From the NCBI GenBank assembly GCA_030650425.1, contig JAUSED010000001.1:1-58649 (forward strand): DNA of 58,649 nucleotides, given 5' to 3'. The notes under the pieces are model-generated. The model saw only the letters and a list, made by a program, of their open reading frames with translations, was not told the DNA's origin and made no database searches. Position numbers and translations under genes: made by a program. Every line of letters begins with the position of its first letter. Position 1 is the stretch's first letter. This document shows positions 8,261 to 19,415 of this stretch, one piece after another. Source of the stretch: Candidatus Omnitrophota bacterium. GTDB taxonomy: Bacteria > Omnitrophota > Gorgyraeia > Gygaellales > Profunditerraquicolaceae.

Positions 8261-8452
8261 ACAAGAAGGAAATAGCTCTTTTAGATATCCCTGCAGTGCT
8301 CGTTGGAACTTTGATAATTGTTGAACCAACATCAATTTCAAGGGAGCCCGTTATTCTTTAAGTGCCTTCGCGCACTCAAAGATAGGGCACCCACCTGAAA
8401 CCAAAACGGTTCAGACTATTCAGTCCAACGGCACAGGCGGGGATTTTTTTTT
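8261..8452 (+). ncRNA. Structured ncRNA of about 190 nt with 6S-RNA-like architecture (candidate ssrS)
   Basis: Hand fold gives a roughly 20-bp closing stem (8287-8309 with 8423-8444), a large asymmetric internal loop (about 26 nt / 22 nt) and an imperfect terminal rod (8336-8400) with apical hairpin AGTGC-CTTCGC-GCACT. It ends in a 9-T run (8444-8452). No covariance model was run. Confidence 0.45.
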
Positions 8453-8455
8453 AAG

Positions 8456-9754
8456 ATGGATTTATTTAGCGAAGATAAGAAAATAGACTTGCGTAAGCTA
8501 CCCTTAGCCGTGCGTATGCGGCCAAGGAGTTTGGATGAATTTAGCGGACAAACCCATATTTTAGGCAAGGGAAAGCTTTTGCGCCGGGCAATCGAGGCAG
8601 ACCGTTTAAGCTCCTTAGTTTTATTCGGCCCTCCGGGAGTAGGTAAGACTTCTCTGGCTTGGTGCATTGTTAATTTAACCCAAAGCCATTATGTAGCGCT
8701 TAATGCCACTACCTCCAATGTCGAAGAACTAAGGAAGGTTATCTCTAGCGCAAAACAAAAAGCAGCCAATACCTCCAAAAAAACCATCCTTTTTATCGAC
8801 GAGATCCATCGTTTTAACAAGGCCCAGCAGGACGTCCTCCTGCCGGATATCGAGTCCGGCAATCCCATATTAATTGGGGCCACAGTACACAACCCATTTT
8901 TTAGTATCGCCTCTCCGCTTTTATCGCGCTCGCTGGTCTGCGAATTGAAATTTTTAAAAGAGAAAGAAATACTGGCAATTTTAGATTCAGCCCTCAAAGA
9001 TAATGATCGCGGACTGGGAAAATTAAAGGTGAACGCGGATAAAAAGGCGTTGGAATTTTTGGCTAAAACCTGTGAAGGGGATGCCCGTCGGGCACTCAAT
9101 GCTTTGGAGGTCGGCATTTTAACCACGCCAAAACCCAAGGAAGGTTCGATCAATTTTAATCTGGAGGTAGCCGAGGAATCCATCCAGAAAAAAGCAGTGG
9201 TTTATGACCAGGATGAAGACGCGCATTATGATACTGCCTCGGCATTTATTAAATCTATGCGCGGCTCTGATCCGGACGCGGCTATTTATTGGATGGCTAA
9301 GATGCTTTATTCCGGCGAAGATCCGAGGTTTATCGCCCGCCGGGTGTGCATCCTGGCAGCCGAAGATGTCGGGAACGCGGATCCTTTGGCCTTAGTTTTA
9401 GCCAACGCGGCATTACAAATTTCAGAATTTGTGGGTATGCCTGAGGCGAGAATACCTTTAGCTCAGGCGGTGATCTATGTGGCCAGCGCGCCAAAATCCA
9501 ATGCCAGCTATTTAGCCATTGACAAAGCGCTTGCTGACATAGAAAATAAGAAAGTTCAGGAAGTCCCGGACCATCTTAAGGATACGACTGCTGATGCCGA
9601 GGCCTTGGGCCACGGTAAAGATTATAAATATGCTCATGATTACCCGGGGCATTACGTAAAACAAAAATATACCCGTAAGAAAGTCCGTTACTATGAGCCG
9701 ACGACAATTGGCTATGAAGCAAAAATTAAAGAACGCTTGGATAAAATAAAATGA
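8456..9754 (+). CDS. rarA: Replication-associated recombination protein A (AAA+ ATPase RarA/MgsA)
   Basis: [22 protein letters not shown], Walker [26 protein letters not shown], MgsA C-terminal region ([25 protein letters not shown]). Confidence 0.9.
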   Translation: MDLFSEDKKIDLRKLPLAVRMRPRSLDEFSGQTHILGKGKLLRRAIEADRLSSLVLFGPPGVGKTSLAWCIVNLTQSHYVALNATTSNVEELRKVISSAKQKAANTSKKTILFIDEIHRFNKAQQDVLLPDIESGNPILIGATVHNPFFSIASPLLSRSLVCELKFLKEKEILAILDSALKDNDRGLGKLKVNADKKALEFLAKTCEGDARRALNALEVGILTTPKPKEGSINFNLEVAEESIQKKAVVYDQDEDAHYDTASAFIKSMRGSDPDAAIYWMAKMLYSGEDPRFIARRVCILAAEDVGNADPLALVLANAALQISEFVGMPEARIPLAQAVIYVASAPKSNASYLAIDKALADIENKKVQEVPDHLKDTTADAEALGHGKDYKYAHDYPGHYVKQKYTRKKVRYYEPTTIGYEAKIKERLDKIK

Positions 9755-12700
9755 ATCTATTAACAATATTTTCGGTAATTGGGGGGAGTTTGGTGGCTTT
9801 TGCTTTGATTGTGGCATTTTTGCCTAATACTAAAAGTCCGGCTTCCAAGCCAAAAAAGAAACCTGCTCCTAACCCAAGGGATCCTATTGCCGACCTTAAG
9901 GATAGAAGGATCGCGGGACTGGAAGAAGAATTAAAAAGTTTAAGAAGCGAGCACGATAAGATTAAATCCGAACATAATGGGGGAAAGGCTAAGTTTCAAG
10001 AAGCGATAGACAAGCACGAACAGATGGAAGGAGAACTAAAACGCAGGCAGGATTGGGTGGCGGCGTCGGAAGAGATGCTCAATAAAGTTAAGGCAGAGAA
10101 TGCCGAGCTAAAGAATAAATTCACGGCTAAAGAAAAAGAGCTACAGGATGAATTTACCAAGAACGTCAACTCTGCGAGAGAAGCTAGGGAGTTAAGCGAT
10201 AAAATTAAGGCGCTGGATCAGTCCGTAAAAGAAAAGTCCGAACAAATAGAGATTCAGCGGCATCAAATAGAAAAAAATATTAAGGATATTAAGGCCCAAG
10301 AGGCCGTAATTACGGAATTTCAAAAGAAGGAAAAGATCAGCGAGTGGGTGCCTAAGGCCGAATTTAATAAATTAAACGAAGAATACACTGAGTTGGAAAA
10401 AGAATTTGAACAAAAAGATGAAAAATTACGGATTTTTAGCGAAGAGATTACGCATTTGAAAAAACAACTTACAGAAGGAGCAGCAGATTTAAATAAACCG
10501 GTTGTCGAAGAAAAACCTCAAGAAGAAATTGTCGAAGAGGGGCCTAAAAAAGAACCGGTGAAAGAGCAGCAGGCCCCTGAAATAATAATAGAGCAAAAGA
10601 CGGATGAACCTAAGTTAGAAGAAAAGCCTGAGGTTAAAGAAGAGCCGCCAGCTCAAGAAGAAGCAATAGCCAAAGAGGAACCCAAGCCCATACCTAGATA
10701 TCCGTTGGAGAAAACCCGCAACATCGGAATAATGGCGCATATCGACGCTGGCAAAACCACTACTACCGAGAGGATTCTTTTCTACACCGGTAAGTCGCAT
10801 AAAATAGGCGAGGTGCATGAAGGCGCGGCAATTATGGACTGGATGAAGCAGGAGCAGGAGCGCGGAATTACCATTACTTCTGCGGCGACCACTTGTTTTT
10901 GGAAAGATCATCGTATCAATATCATCGATACCCCCGGGCATATAGATTTTACGGTGGAGGTCGAGCGTTCCTTACGCGTTTTAGACGGAGCAGTAGCGGT
11001 TTTCTGCGCTGTCGGCGGGATCGAGCCGCAATCCGAGACAGTCTGGCATCAATCCAATAAATACAATGTTCCGAAGATCGGTTTTGTGAATAAGATGGAC
11101 CGCACCGGCGCGGATTTTTACGCGGTCTTAAAAGGGATCGATGAGGACTTGGGAGGCAACGCCATTCCCATCGAGATACCTTTGGGCGCCGAAGAAAATT
11201 TTAAGGGGGTAATTGATTTACTGGAAATGAAAGCTTATTTTTATGAAGAAGAATCGCAGGGCAAAGAATACCGTATCGAAGAAATTCCGGCGGATTATCT
11301 GGAGCAGGCCAAAAAATACCGGCATATGATGGTGGAGAAGGCGGTTAATTTTGACGAAGCTTTAATGAAAAAATATCTGGAACAAGGCGAAGGTTCAATT
11401 GAAGTCCAGGAATTAACTAAGGCTATCCGTCGGGGAACGGTGGCAAATAAAGCTGTGCCAGTACTCTGTGGGGCGGCTTTCAAGAATAAAGGGATTCAAA
11501 AACTGTTGGACGCGGTAAATATGTATCTACCTTCGCCTTTAGACCTGCCTCCCATTAACGGACACGATGTAGATGATAAGGATAAAGCTATTGGGCGGCA
11601 TGCGGATATCAATGAACCTTTCACAGGTTTAGCTTTTAAAATACAGGCTGATCCGCATATGGGGAAATTAGTTTATCTGCGGGTTTACTCCGGATTTTTA
11701 GTTACCGGAAGCTATGTTTTAAATTCCACTAAGAATAAAAGAGAGAGAGTGGCGCGGATAGTGCAGATGCACGCTAACCAGAGAGAGAATATTGAATACG
11801 CCTTTGCCGGAGATATTGTGGCAGTGGTGGGGTTGGGTGATACGGTCACCGGTGATACGCTTTGCGATCCGGCAAGCCCCATTCTTCTGGAAGCAATTAA
11901 GTTCCCTACCCCGGTCGTATCCTTAAGTATCGCGCCCAAGAGCCGCGCGGATCAGGATAAGCTCGGGAAAGGCCTGGCCAAGCTCACCGAAGAAGACCCG
12001 ACATTCTTAGTACATACCGACGAGGAAACTAAAGAAGTCGTTTTAACCGGAATGGGAGAGCTGCATTTAGAGATTGTCGTGGATAGACTAAAGACAGAAT
12101 TTGGAGTGGAGGCAATAGTTGGCCAGCCTAAAGTCGCTTATCGGGAAACCATACTGGAAAAAGCCGAAGGCGAAGGAAAATATATCAAGCAGTCCGGCGG
12201 GCGCGGGCAATACGGCCATGTTCGATTAAGATTAATCCCTGCTCAGTCAGGAGAAGGTTTTGAGTTTATCGACAGTATCAAAGGAGGGGCGATCCCGCGT
12301 TCATTTATTCCGGCAGTGGAAAAAGGGGTAATTGAGGCAATGCAAAACGGAGTGTATGCAGGATTCCCGGTGGTGGATTTGAAGGTGGAGTTATATGACG
12401 GCTCATTTCACGAAGTAGATTCTTCAGAACTAGCTTTTAAAATGGCCGGGATATTTGGTTTTAAAGAGGCATTTATGAAGGCTTCGCCGATTTTACTTGA
12501 ACCGTATATGTCTTTGGAAGTAGTGACACCGGAAGAATATATTAATGCCTGCATCGGTTATATCTGTTCGCGCCGGGGCAAGGTTCTTGGGATGACGGCC
12601 AAGGGTAAACAGGAAATCGTCTCAGCCGAAGCGCCTTTATCCGAAATGTTTGGTTACGCTACCGCCTTCCGCTCTCTTTCCAGCGGCAGGGCCAACGCTA

Positions 12701-12789
12701 CGATGGAATTCTCCAAATATCTGCAAGTCCCGCAGGAGATTACCCAGAAGCTCATCGAGGAAAAACAAAAGCAAAAGAAAGATTCGTGA
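9751..12789 (+). CDS. fusA: Elongation factor G family GTPase with an approx. 318-aa N-terminal extension (TM helix, coiled coil, P/E/K-rich linker)
   Basis: Residues from about 319 are canonical EF-G ([53 protein letters not shown]). Residues 1-25 are hydrophobic ([24 protein letters not shown]). Residues about 50-240 are heptad-like K/E-rich and about 250-315 are PE/K-rich. One uninterrupted frame; the ATG overlaps the rarA stop (ATGA). It is not in an rpsL-rpsG-fusA-tuf context, so it is probably a paralog. Confidence 0.75.
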   Translation: MNLLTIFSVIGGSLVAFALIVAFLPNTKSPASKPKKKPAPNPRDPIADLKDRRIAGLEEELKSLRSEHDKIKSEHNGGKAKFQEAIDKHEQMEGELKRRQDWVAASEEMLNKVKAENAELKNKFTAKEKELQDEFTKNVNSAREARELSDKIKALDQSVKEKSEQIEIQRHQIEKNIKDIKAQEAVITEFQKKEKISEWVPKAEFNKLNEEYTELEKEFEQKDEKLRIFSEEITHLKKQLTEGAADLNKPVVEEKPQEEIVEEGPKKEPVKEQQAPEIIIEQKTDEPKLEEKPEVKEEPPAQEEAIAKEEPKPIPRYPLEKTRNIGIMAHIDAGKTTTTERILFYTGKSHKIGEVHEGAAIMDWMKQEQERGITITSAATTCFWKDHRINIIDTPGHIDFTVEVERSLRVLDGAVAVFCAVGGIEPQSETVWHQSNKYNVPKIGFVNKMDRTGADFYAVLKGIDEDLGGNAIPIEIPLGAEENFKGVIDLLEMKAYFYEEESQGKEYRIEEIPADYLEQAKKYRHMMVEKAVNFDEALMKKYLEQGEGSIEVQELTKAIRRGTVANKAVPVLCGAAFKNKGIQKLLDAVNMYLPSPLDLPPINGHDVDDKDKAIGRHADINEPFTGLAFKIQADPHMGKLVYLRVYSGFLVTGSYVLNSTKNKRERVARIVQMHANQRENIEYAFAGDIVAVVGLGDTVTGDTLCDPASPILLEAIKFPTPVVSLSIAPKSRADQDKLGKGLAKLTEEDPTFLVHTDEETKEVVLTGMGELHLEIVVDRLKTEFGVEAIVGQPKVAYRETILEKAEGEGKYIKQSGGRGQYGHVRLRLIPAQSGEGFEFIDSIKGGAIPRSFIPAVEKGVIEAMQNGVYAGFPVVDLKVELYDGSFHEVDSSELAFKMAGIFGFKEAFMKASPILLEPYMSLEVVTPEEYINACIGYICSRRGKVLGMTAKGKQEIVSAEAPLSEMFGYATAFRSLSSGRANATMEFSKYLQVPQEITQKLIEEKQKQKKDS

Positions 12790-14828
12790 AAAATATTGAT
12801 TACAAAAATGAATTGAATCCGGCGCAGCTGGCGGCTGTGGAATCAGTTGAGGGCGCGTATTTAGTGATTGCCGGCGCAGGAAGCGGCAAGACGCGCGTTT
12901 TAGTGCACCGGGTGGCTTATCTGGTGGAAAAAGGAATAAAACCGGAAGAGATCCTCCTGCTTACTTTTACCCGCAGGGCTTCTGAAGAGATGCTCCGTCG
13001 GGCAAGCTCACTTTTGGATGAGCGCTGCTCAAGGGTTTCTGGGGGTACCTTTCATGCCTTTGCCAACGCGACCTTAAGGAGATATGCTAAGGTATTAGGG
13101 CTCTCCAATAACTTTTCCATCCTTGATCAATCCGATGCCGAAGATACAATCAATCTTATCCGCACGCAGATGGGTTTTAACAAGACCGAAAAACGTTTCC
13201 CCCGGAAAAAAGCGATTCTGGAGGTAATCTCTAAAAGCGTGAATAAGTCCGCAAAATTAGAAGATGTTATCTATGATGAATATCCGCAATTTCTGGAATT
13301 TAGCGCAGAGATAAAAAAAATCCGCGAGGAATACTATAAATACAAACTTGCCAAGTCTCTTTTGGATTACGATGACCTTTTAGTTTACCTGAAAAAACTT
13401 TTAACTGATCATGAAGAAGCACACTTGTCACTTTCTCGGAAATACAAGTATATTATGGTCGATGAATATCAGGATACCAATAAATTACAGGCCTACATCG
13501 CTTGCTTACTGGCTTCCGAGCATAAAAATATTATGGTGGTTGGAGACGATGCCCAAAGCATTTACTCTTTTAGGGGCGCGAACTTTAGGAATATTATGGA
13601 TTTCCCGCAGCTATTTAAGAATACTAAAATTATTACTCTCGAGGAGAATTACCGCTCCACCCAACCTATTCTGAATCTGACCAATGAAGTAATCCGTATG
13701 GCCAAGGAAAAATTTGAAAAGAATCTTTACACCAAGAAAAAAGGGGAGAAGCAGCCGGTCTTTATTGACGCCGAGGATGAAAACGCTCAATCCCGCTATA
13801 TCGCGGATAAGATTTTGGAATTAAGGGAAGAGGGAGTAGAGTTAAAAGATATGGCGGTTTTGTTTCGCTCAGGCTGGCATTCTAATGATTTGGAAGTAGA
13901 GCTGGCTAGCCGCAATATCCCTTTTGTCAAATATGGCGGCCAGAAATTTGTCGAGGCAGCGCATATTAAAGACGTGATTTCCTACTTACGCATTGTCTAT
14001 AATACAGGCGATCAGGTGAGTTGGCTGCGCGCGCTGCTTTTAATTCCCGGCATCGGCCCAAAGAGCGCCGAAAAAATAATCAGTTCGTTTTCAGACGAGA
14101 AAAATAAAGCTGGCGCGGCAAGCGCCCTGAAAAAAGAAGAAGTAGTTAAGCTTCTTCATATCTTAAAAGAGATGGATCTTAGCCAACAAGAACCGGCTAA
14201 GATCATTGAAATATTTTTGGAATACTATCAGCCTTTGCTTAAAAACAAATATGATGATTTTCATAAGAGGATCAATGACTTAGATTCACTCTTACGCATT
14301 GCCTCACGCTATAAATCCCTAGAGCAATTTTTAACTGATATGGCCCTTGAGCCTCCGGAGCGCAGTCTGGCTGAGGCGGGCTTAAAAGATAAAGATGATT
14401 CCACGCTTACGCTTTCGACCATCCATTCTGCCAAGGGTTTGGAGTGGCATACGGTATTTCTGATTTATCTGGCTGAAGGCCATTTACCCTCTTATCTATC
14501 TCTGGAAGATGAAGAAGGGATCGAAGAAGAACGCCGGCTTTTCTACGTTGCTTCCACTCGGGCAAAAGAAAATCTATTTTTACTTAAGCCGCACCTTGAT
14601 CGCTCTCCTAGAAGTATGATGGACGGAGGCGGGCCGGTTTTGACACAGGTCTCGCGTTTCTTGGACGAAGGCAGGATTATGGATAAATTTGTGCGGGTAG
14701 AAGACACTGGGGATGAATTCGATGCTGGCTGCGATGAATTTACAGAAAAGCTAGGCCAGAAGGGCTCATCCGATAAAGAGTTTTTAAAAATGATGCAGGA
14801 GTATTTCCGCGATAAAGAAGATTATTAG
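12786..14828 (+). CDS. UvrD/PcrA/Rep-family ATP-dependent DNA helicase
   Basis: Walker [12 protein letters not shown], motif [34 protein letters not shown]. The GTG start overlaps the EF-G stop. Confidence 0.88.
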   Translation: MKNIDYKNELNPAQLAAVESVEGAYLVIAGAGSGKTRVLVHRVAYLVEKGIKPEEILLLTFTRRASEEMLRRASSLLDERCSRVSGGTFHAFANATLRRYAKVLGLSNNFSILDQSDAEDTINLIRTQMGFNKTEKRFPRKKAILEVISKSVNKSAKLEDVIYDEYPQFLEFSAEIKKIREEYYKYKLAKSLLDYDDLLVYLKKLLTDHEEAHLSLSRKYKYIMVDEYQDTNKLQAYIACLLASEHKNIMVVGDDAQSIYSFRGANFRNIMDFPQLFKNTKIITLEENYRSTQPILNLTNEVIRMAKEKFEKNLYTKKKGEKQPVFIDAEDENAQSRYIADKILELREEGVELKDMAVLFRSGWHSNDLEVELASRNIPFVKYGGQKFVEAAHIKDVISYLRIVYNTGDQVSWLRALLLIPGIGPKSAEKIISSFSDEKNKAGAASALKKEEVVKLLHILKEMDLSQQEPAKIIEIFLEYYQPLLKNKYDDFHKRINDLDSLLRIASRYKSLEQFLTDMALEPPERSLAEAGLKDKDDSTLTLSTIHSAKGLEWHTVFLIYLAEGHLPSYLSLEDEEGIEEERRLFYVASTRAKENLFLLKPHLDRSPRSMMDGGGPVLTQVSRFLDEGRIMDKFVRVEDTGDEFDAGCDEFTEKLGQKGSSDKEFLKMMQEYFRDKEDY

Positions 14829-14848
14829 CCTATCCGCTTACTTTTTAC

Positions 14849-14877
14849 TTGCCCTGGCCTTTAAATAGTGGTAATAT
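14849..14877 (+). promoter_or_regulatory. Sigma70-type promoter placed for a leaderless or near-leaderless transcript
   Basis: TTGCCC (14849-14854), 17 nt, TGgTAATAT (-10 at 14872-14877). Only 6 nt separate the -10 from the ATG at 14884, and there is no Shine-Dalgarno. Confidence 0.45.
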
Positions 14878-14883
14878 TTTTAT

Positions 14884-15537
14884 ATGATTATTACAGAGTT
14901 AAAACCTGTTCAGGATATTGTAGATAGCTTAAAAGGCTATAGCAAAATCTTTCTGGTTGGCTGCGGTGAATGCGCAACTACCTGTAAGACAGGCGGTGAA
15001 CCGGAAATCCTCAAAATAAAACAGGATTTGGAAGCGCAGGGTAAAACAGTTTTAGGGTATTGCATACCCTCTGCTCCTTGCGTCAGCGCTAAATTAAAGA
15101 CCGAGTTGGCTAAAAATATGCCGGCTTTGCGGCAGGCAGAAGCAGTTTTGGTCTTGGCCTGCGGCTTAGGCATTCAGTCAGTTAAGGATAATGACAGATT
15201 TGATTTAGCGGTCTTTCCGGCGTGCAATACTATTTTTGGCGCGGTAATGGACGCCAAAGGGGATTTTTACGAAAAATGTTCTTTATGCGGAGAGTGCGTT
15301 TTGCATCTGACCGGCGGGATTTGCCCGATTACGCTTTGCGCCAAAGGCCTGCTTAACGGCCCCTGCGGCGGAATGAATAAAGGCAAGTGCGAGGTGGACA
15401 AGGATAAAGACTGCGCTTGGGTTTTGATTTACAAAGAATTAGAGAAGAAGAATAAATTAGAGTCTTTAAAAGAAATCCGGGCTCCCAAAGATTTTAAGAA
15501 ATCAGCTAAGCCGCATAAACTAATAATGAGTAAATAA
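14884..15537 (+). CDS. Methylenetetrahydrofolate reductase C-terminal-domain-like (MetV/MTHFR_C-like) Cys-rich protein
   Basis: Cys clusters GCGECATTC, CSLCGECV, and the LLNGPCGG motif that I associate with the MTHFR_C family. No metF is adjacent. Confidence 0.55.
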   Translation: MIITELKPVQDIVDSLKGYSKIFLVGCGECATTCKTGGEPEILKIKQDLEAQGKTVLGYCIPSAPCVSAKLKTELAKNMPALRQAEAVLVLACGLGIQSVKDNDRFDLAVFPACNTIFGAVMDAKGDFYEKCSLCGECVLHLTGGICPITLCAKGLLNGPCGGMNKGKCEVDKDKDCAWVLIYKELEKKNKLESLKEIRAPKDFKKSAKPHKLIMSK

Positions 15538-15538
15538 T

Positions 15539-15976
15539 ATGGCCGAACAATCACCTTATAGCGAAAAAGTTATGGACCATTTTATGCATCCCAGAAATAC
15601 GGGCGAGATTCCCGACGCAGATGGCATTGGAACAGTTGGGAACGCAATCTGTGGTGACGTAATGAAGATGTTCTTAAAAATAGAAAATGATGTAATCGTG
15701 GATGTCAAGTTTAAGACTTTCGGATGCGCAGCGGCACTGGCTACAAGCTCAATGGTTACAGAAATGGTTAAGGGCAAGCCTATCTCAGAAGCCTTGAAGA
15801 TTACCAATAAGGCAGTAGCGGAAGCGTTAGGCGGGCTTCCTCAAGTGAAGATGCATTGTTCGGTTTTAGCGGAAGAAGCTCTGCGTTCAGCGTTAAAGGA
15901 TTATTATACTAAGCAGGGTAAGCCTGTTCCTTTTGAATCCAAAGAGCATAAACATGAAGGCGAGACCTGTTTGTAA
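15539..15976 (+). CDS. NifU/IscU-type Fe-S cluster scaffold protein
   Basis: VMDHFMHPRNTGEI..GTVGNAICGDVMKMFL..FKTFGCAAALATSS..MHCSVLAEEAL (three conserved Cys). Confidence 0.85.
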   Translation: MAEQSPYSEKVMDHFMHPRNTGEIPDADGIGTVGNAICGDVMKMFLKIENDVIVDVKFKTFGCAAALATSSMVTEMVKGKPISEALKITNKAVAEALGGLPQVKMHCSVLAEEALRSALKDYYTKQGKPVPFESKEHKHEGETCL

Positions 15977-15984
15977 GGAAAACA

Positions 15985-16389
15985 ATGCTCCAGAAGAGTA
16001 ATAGAAGACAAATCATAAGGGCTAGCCAACTGGCCCTATTTTTATCGCTCCTCATATTAGTTGTTTTGTGTTTGCCTGCTATTTTCTACGCCCAAATGAA
16101 CGCAAGCGATAAATTTAGGATGCAGGAGCAGTTTGACAAGTTTAAAAATCAGGTGCAGAGCAATGCGCAGAACACGATGACTAATTCTCAAGAAATCGTC
16201 GAAGATAAAAAGATAGAAGCAGGGCAATATCAAGAGAGACAGGAAGAGGCTACTGAAGTTTTCGATAAACTCGCCAAAAGAAGCCAACGATCAGGTTTGA
16301 GCAGCACAATGCATATATATGGTTTTCCACTTTTGATCATCGCGGTCATCGGCATTGTACTTCTTGTACTCTGGCATCAGAATATATAG
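15985..16389 (+). CDS. Hypothetical membrane protein (N- and C-terminal TM helices, Q/E-rich middle)
   Basis: Hydrophobic LALFLSLLILVVLCLPAIFYA and FPLLIIAVIGIVLLVLW. No recognisable domain. Confidence 0.5.
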   Translation: MLQKSNRRQIIRASQLALFLSLLILVVLCLPAIFYAQMNASDKFRMQEQFDKFKNQVQSNAQNTMTNSQEIVEDKKIEAGQYQERQEEATEVFDKLAKRSQRSGLSSTMHIYGFPLLIIAVIGIVLLVLWHQNI

Positions 16390-16964
16390 TGAATAAAGGA
16401 AATATGGTAAAAGGTACGGGATTGACAAAGCAGGCATTACGTAGTAAAATTCTACTTAAGCTCAGTAATCAAAAAGAGGAGGATCGTCAACACAAGAGCG
16501 CATTAATCAGGAATAAACTTTTAAGGCAGAGAGTGTTTAAAAAAGCGAAGAGAGTGATGTTTTACATCGCCATGAAAGGCGAGGTGGATACGCGAGAAAT
16601 GATTAAAACAGCGAAAAGATTAGGTAAGATTATTGCCGTGCCGGTTTGTGTGAAAAATAGAGCGTCTTTAAGGCCAGCCATATTAGATAGCCACGCCCAT
16701 TTAAGGAAAGGTCCTTATGGAGTAGCGGAGCCAGTCATCAGCAGATTCATTAGGCCCGAGGATTTGGATTTGGTGATTACCCCGGGAGTTGCTTTTGACA
16801 AAAAAGGCAATCGCTTGGGACGAGGTAAAGGTTATTATGACCGTTTCCTCAGTAAAATCCCTAAGGATACTCCTTCCATCGGCTTGGCATTTAGTTTGCA
16901 AATCTTACCCGCTGTTCCCATTACCTCCCACGATGTAAGCGTCAAAAAAGTCCTCTTCGCCTAA
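16389..16964 (+). CDS. 5-formyltetrahydrofolate cyclo-ligase
   Basis: DLVITPGVAFDKKGNRLGRGKGYYDRFL is the MTHFS family signature. The start could be GTG 16389 or ATG 16404. Confidence 0.8.
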   Translation: MNKGNMVKGTGLTKQALRSKILLKLSNQKEEDRQHKSALIRNKLLRQRVFKKAKRVMFYIAMKGEVDTREMIKTAKRLGKIIAVPVCVKNRASLRPAILDSHAHLRKGPYGVAEPVISRFIRPEDLDLVITPGVAFDKKGNRLGRGKGYYDRFLSKIPKDTPSIGLAFSLQILPAVPITSHDVSVKKVLFA

Positions 16965-16974
16965 AACAATTATA

Positions 16975-17053
16975 GTCATTGCGAGCCCACAGGGCGAAGC
17001 AATCCCAAAAAGAGATTACTTCGTCACCGCCTGCGGCGGGGCCTCGTAATGAC
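16975..17053. repeat. REP-A inverted pair
   Basis: GTCATTGCGAGCCCACAGGGCGAAGCAATC .. GATTACTTCGTCACCGCCTGCGGCGGGGCCTCGTAATGAC. Confidence 0.8.
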
Positions 17054-17073
17054 AGTGTTTAAGGAGGCAATCT

Positions 17074-18630
17074 ATGTTAGCGACTATTTTTATATCTTTG
17101 GTAGTTGCCTGCGCGTCTATTGCGGCAGGTTACGCTTTAAGAAAACACGTAGCTGAGAAGAAGATTCAGGATGCCGAATCCAAGGCCCAGCATATTCTGG
17201 AACAGGCCAGAAAAGAGGCGCAAGATAAGCGCCGGGAAGTGGAACTGGAAGCAAAAGATTTATTGTACCGCGTACGCCAGGATTTTGAGCGCGAGACAAA
17301 AGACCGACGGCAGGAACTCTCCAATATGGAGAAAAGGCTCTCGCAAAAAGAAGAGAATATTGATCGCAGGCTCGACCTGCTGGAGAAGAAAGAGAAAGAA
17401 CTTGAGACAAAACACGAGAATATTAGAAAACAGGAAGAGGCGCTCAAGCTAAAAGATCTCCAGTTACACGCGCTGATTGCCGAAGAAAAAGAGAGATTGC
17501 AGAAGATTTCTACTCTTTCGGCAGAAGAGGCAAAACAGATTTTACTGAGCAGGATGAATGAAGAATTGAATAATGAAAAAGCAGTTTTGATTAAAAAGCA
17601 GGAGGAAGATATCCGTAGCATATCGGATAAGAAGGCCAGGGAAATCCTAAGTTTAGCTATCCAAAAATGCGCCGCGGAGCATACCGTAGAATCCACGGTA
17701 AGCGTGGTTACCCTGCCTAATGATGAAATGAAAGGCCGGGTTATCGGCCGTGAAGGAAGGAATATCCGCGCCCTAGAAATGGCTACGGGAGTAGATGTAA
17801 TTATTGATGATACTCCTGAAGCAGTGACCATTTCCGCGTTTGACGCTGTGCGTCGGGAGATTGCCCGCTTAAGCTTAGAGAAACTTCTTGCCGATGGAAG
17901 AATCCATCCGGGGAGAATCGAAGAGATCGTCGAAAAGACCAAAAAAGAGATGGATGAAAAGATTCGCGAAGAAGGAGAACGCGCGGCCTTCGAAGCAGGC
18001 GTGAATGGGCTGCATCCGGAGATCATCAAGCTGCTCGGCCGTCTAAAATACCGCACCAGTTTTGGCCAGAATGCCCTTCAGCATTCCAAAGAGACGTCTT
18101 TCTTGCTGGGAGCGATGGCTTCGGAGTTGGGCTTGGATTTTAAATTATCCCGCAGAATCGGCCTCTTGCACGACATAGGTAAGGCAGTCGACCATCAAGT
18201 TGAGGGAACGCACGCGAAACTCGGCGCGGAATTAGCCAAGAAATACGGAGAGGCTCCGGAAATAGTGAGCGCCATCGAGGCCCATCATGAAGAAACAGCC
18301 CCACAAAGTTTATACGCGGTTTTAGCAATAGCCGCAGACGCCATCAGCGCTGCCCGGCCGGGAGCGCGGCGCGAGACACTGGAGACCTATGTTAAACGTT
18401 TGGAAAAATTAGAGTCTATTGCCAACTTGTTTAAAGGAGTAGAAAAATCTTTTGCCATACAGGCAGGCCGCGAGATACGGGTGATTGTCCAGCCGGAGAA
18501 GATTAGTGACGCAGAAGCGGTGAATATGTCCAGAGAAATTCGCAAGAAAATAGAAGAAGGGATGGAGTATCCCGGACAGATTAAGGTTACGGTAATTAGA
18601 GAAACTCGGGCAATTGAATACGCAAAATGA
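17074..18630 (+). CDS. rny: Ribonuclease Y
   Basis: N-terminal TM helix, K/E-rich coiled coil, KH domain ([15 protein letters not shown]), HD domain ([15 protein letters not shown]). Confidence 0.92.
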   Translation: MLATIFISLVVACASIAAGYALRKHVAEKKIQDAESKAQHILEQARKEAQDKRREVELEAKDLLYRVRQDFERETKDRRQELSNMEKRLSQKEENIDRRLDLLEKKEKELETKHENIRKQEEALKLKDLQLHALIAEEKERLQKISTLSAEEAKQILLSRMNEELNNEKAVLIKKQEEDIRSISDKKAREILSLAIQKCAAEHTVESTVSVVTLPNDEMKGRVIGREGRNIRALEMATGVDVIIDDTPEAVTISAFDAVRREIARLSLEKLLADGRIHPGRIEEIVEKTKKEMDEKIREEGERAAFEAGVNGLHPEIIKLLGRLKYRTSFGQNALQHSKETSFLLGAMASELGLDFKLSRRIGLLHDIGKAVDHQVEGTHAKLGAELAKKYGEAPEIVSAIEAHHEETAPQSLYAVLAIAADAISAARPGARRETLETYVKRLEKLESIANLFKGVEKSFAIQAGREIRVIVQPEKISDAEAVNMSREIRKKIEEGMEYPGQIKVTVIRETRAIEYAK

Positions 18631-19415
18631 AAATCCTATTTATTGGCGATATAGTCGGCAGCCCCGGCAGAAGAGCAATTAATAAGCTCCTCCCCGGGTT
18701 AAGAGAAGAGCATTCTCTGGATTTTGTGATTGCTAACGCCGAGAATGCCTCGGGTGGTTCCGGAATTATCCCCAAAGTAGCCGATGAATTATTTGCTTCC
18801 GGAGTGGATGTGCTTACTTCAGGGGACCATATCTGGAAAAGAAAAGAAATATTTGAGCTGATTAGCCGGGAGAAAAGAATTTTGCGGCCGATAAACTTTT
18901 CTACCGCAGCTCCGGGGAGGGGGAGCGAAATTTTTAAAACTAAATCCGGAGAGAAGATCGGAGTAATTAATGTCAATGGCCGCGTATTTATGGATCCCCT
19001 GGAGTGCCCATTTAAAACAACTTTGGCTGCCCAGAAAGAATTGATTCAGGAAACAAAAATAATCATTGTGGATATCCACGCGGAAGCTACCTCTGAGAAG
19101 ATAGCCTTAGGTTGGTATATGGATGGCAAGGTTTCGGCAGTTTTAGGGACGCATACCCATATCCAGACCGCGGATGAAAGGATCCTTCCTCAAGGCACAG
19201 CCTATCTAACGGATGCAGGTATGTGCGGGCCTTATGATTCGGTTATCGGAAGAAAAGTGGATAATGTTTTAGAGAGGTTTCTTACCGGCCTTCCGGTGAG
19301 ATTCGAAGTAGCGGAAGGTAATATTCAATTACACGGCGCAGTCTTGGATATTGATGAGGCGACGGGGAAGGCAAGGTCGATTACTAGGGTACAGAAGAAG
19401 CTTGTTGATGAATAA
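18627..19415 (+). CDS. ymdB: YmdB-family metallophosphoesterase (2',3'-cyclic-nucleotide phosphodiesterase-like)
   Basis: [51 protein letters not shown]. The conserved rny-ymdB pairing is present. Confidence 0.85.
   Translation: MKILFIGDIVGSPGRRAINKLLPGLREEHSLDFVIANAENASGGSGIIPKVADELFASGVDVLTSGDHIWKRKEIFELISREKRILRPINFSTAAPGRGSEIFKTKSGEKIGVINVNGRVFMDPLECPFKTTLAAQKELIQETKIIIVDIHAEATSEKIALGWYMDGKVSAVLGTHTHIQTADERILPQGTAYLTDAGMCGPYDSVIGRKVDNVLERFLTGLPVRFEVAEGNIQLHGAVLDIDEATGKARSITRVQKKLVDE

Noticed and set aside
10705-12789. Independent EF-G gene starting at an internal TTG (10705)
   Set aside because: There is no in-frame stop anywhere upstream back to 9751 and no properly spaced Shine-Dalgarno. 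The upstream 318 codons have coherent TM/coiled-coil character and a start coupled to the rarA stop. The fusion is favoured, but this alternative is kept as the main way to falsify it.
17166-18056. 296-aa minus-strand ORF (Ser-rich)
   Set aside because: It is antisense to the K/E-rich coiled-coil region of rny. Low-complexity mirror ORFs are expected opposite GAA/AAG-rich coding sequence. rny is unambiguous.
19351-19407. Upstream extension ([19 protein letters not shown]) of the GH-like ORF
   Set aside because: It overlaps the 3' end of ymdB. The ATG at 19408 is immediately followed by a typical signal peptide and overlaps the ymdB stop (coupled start).
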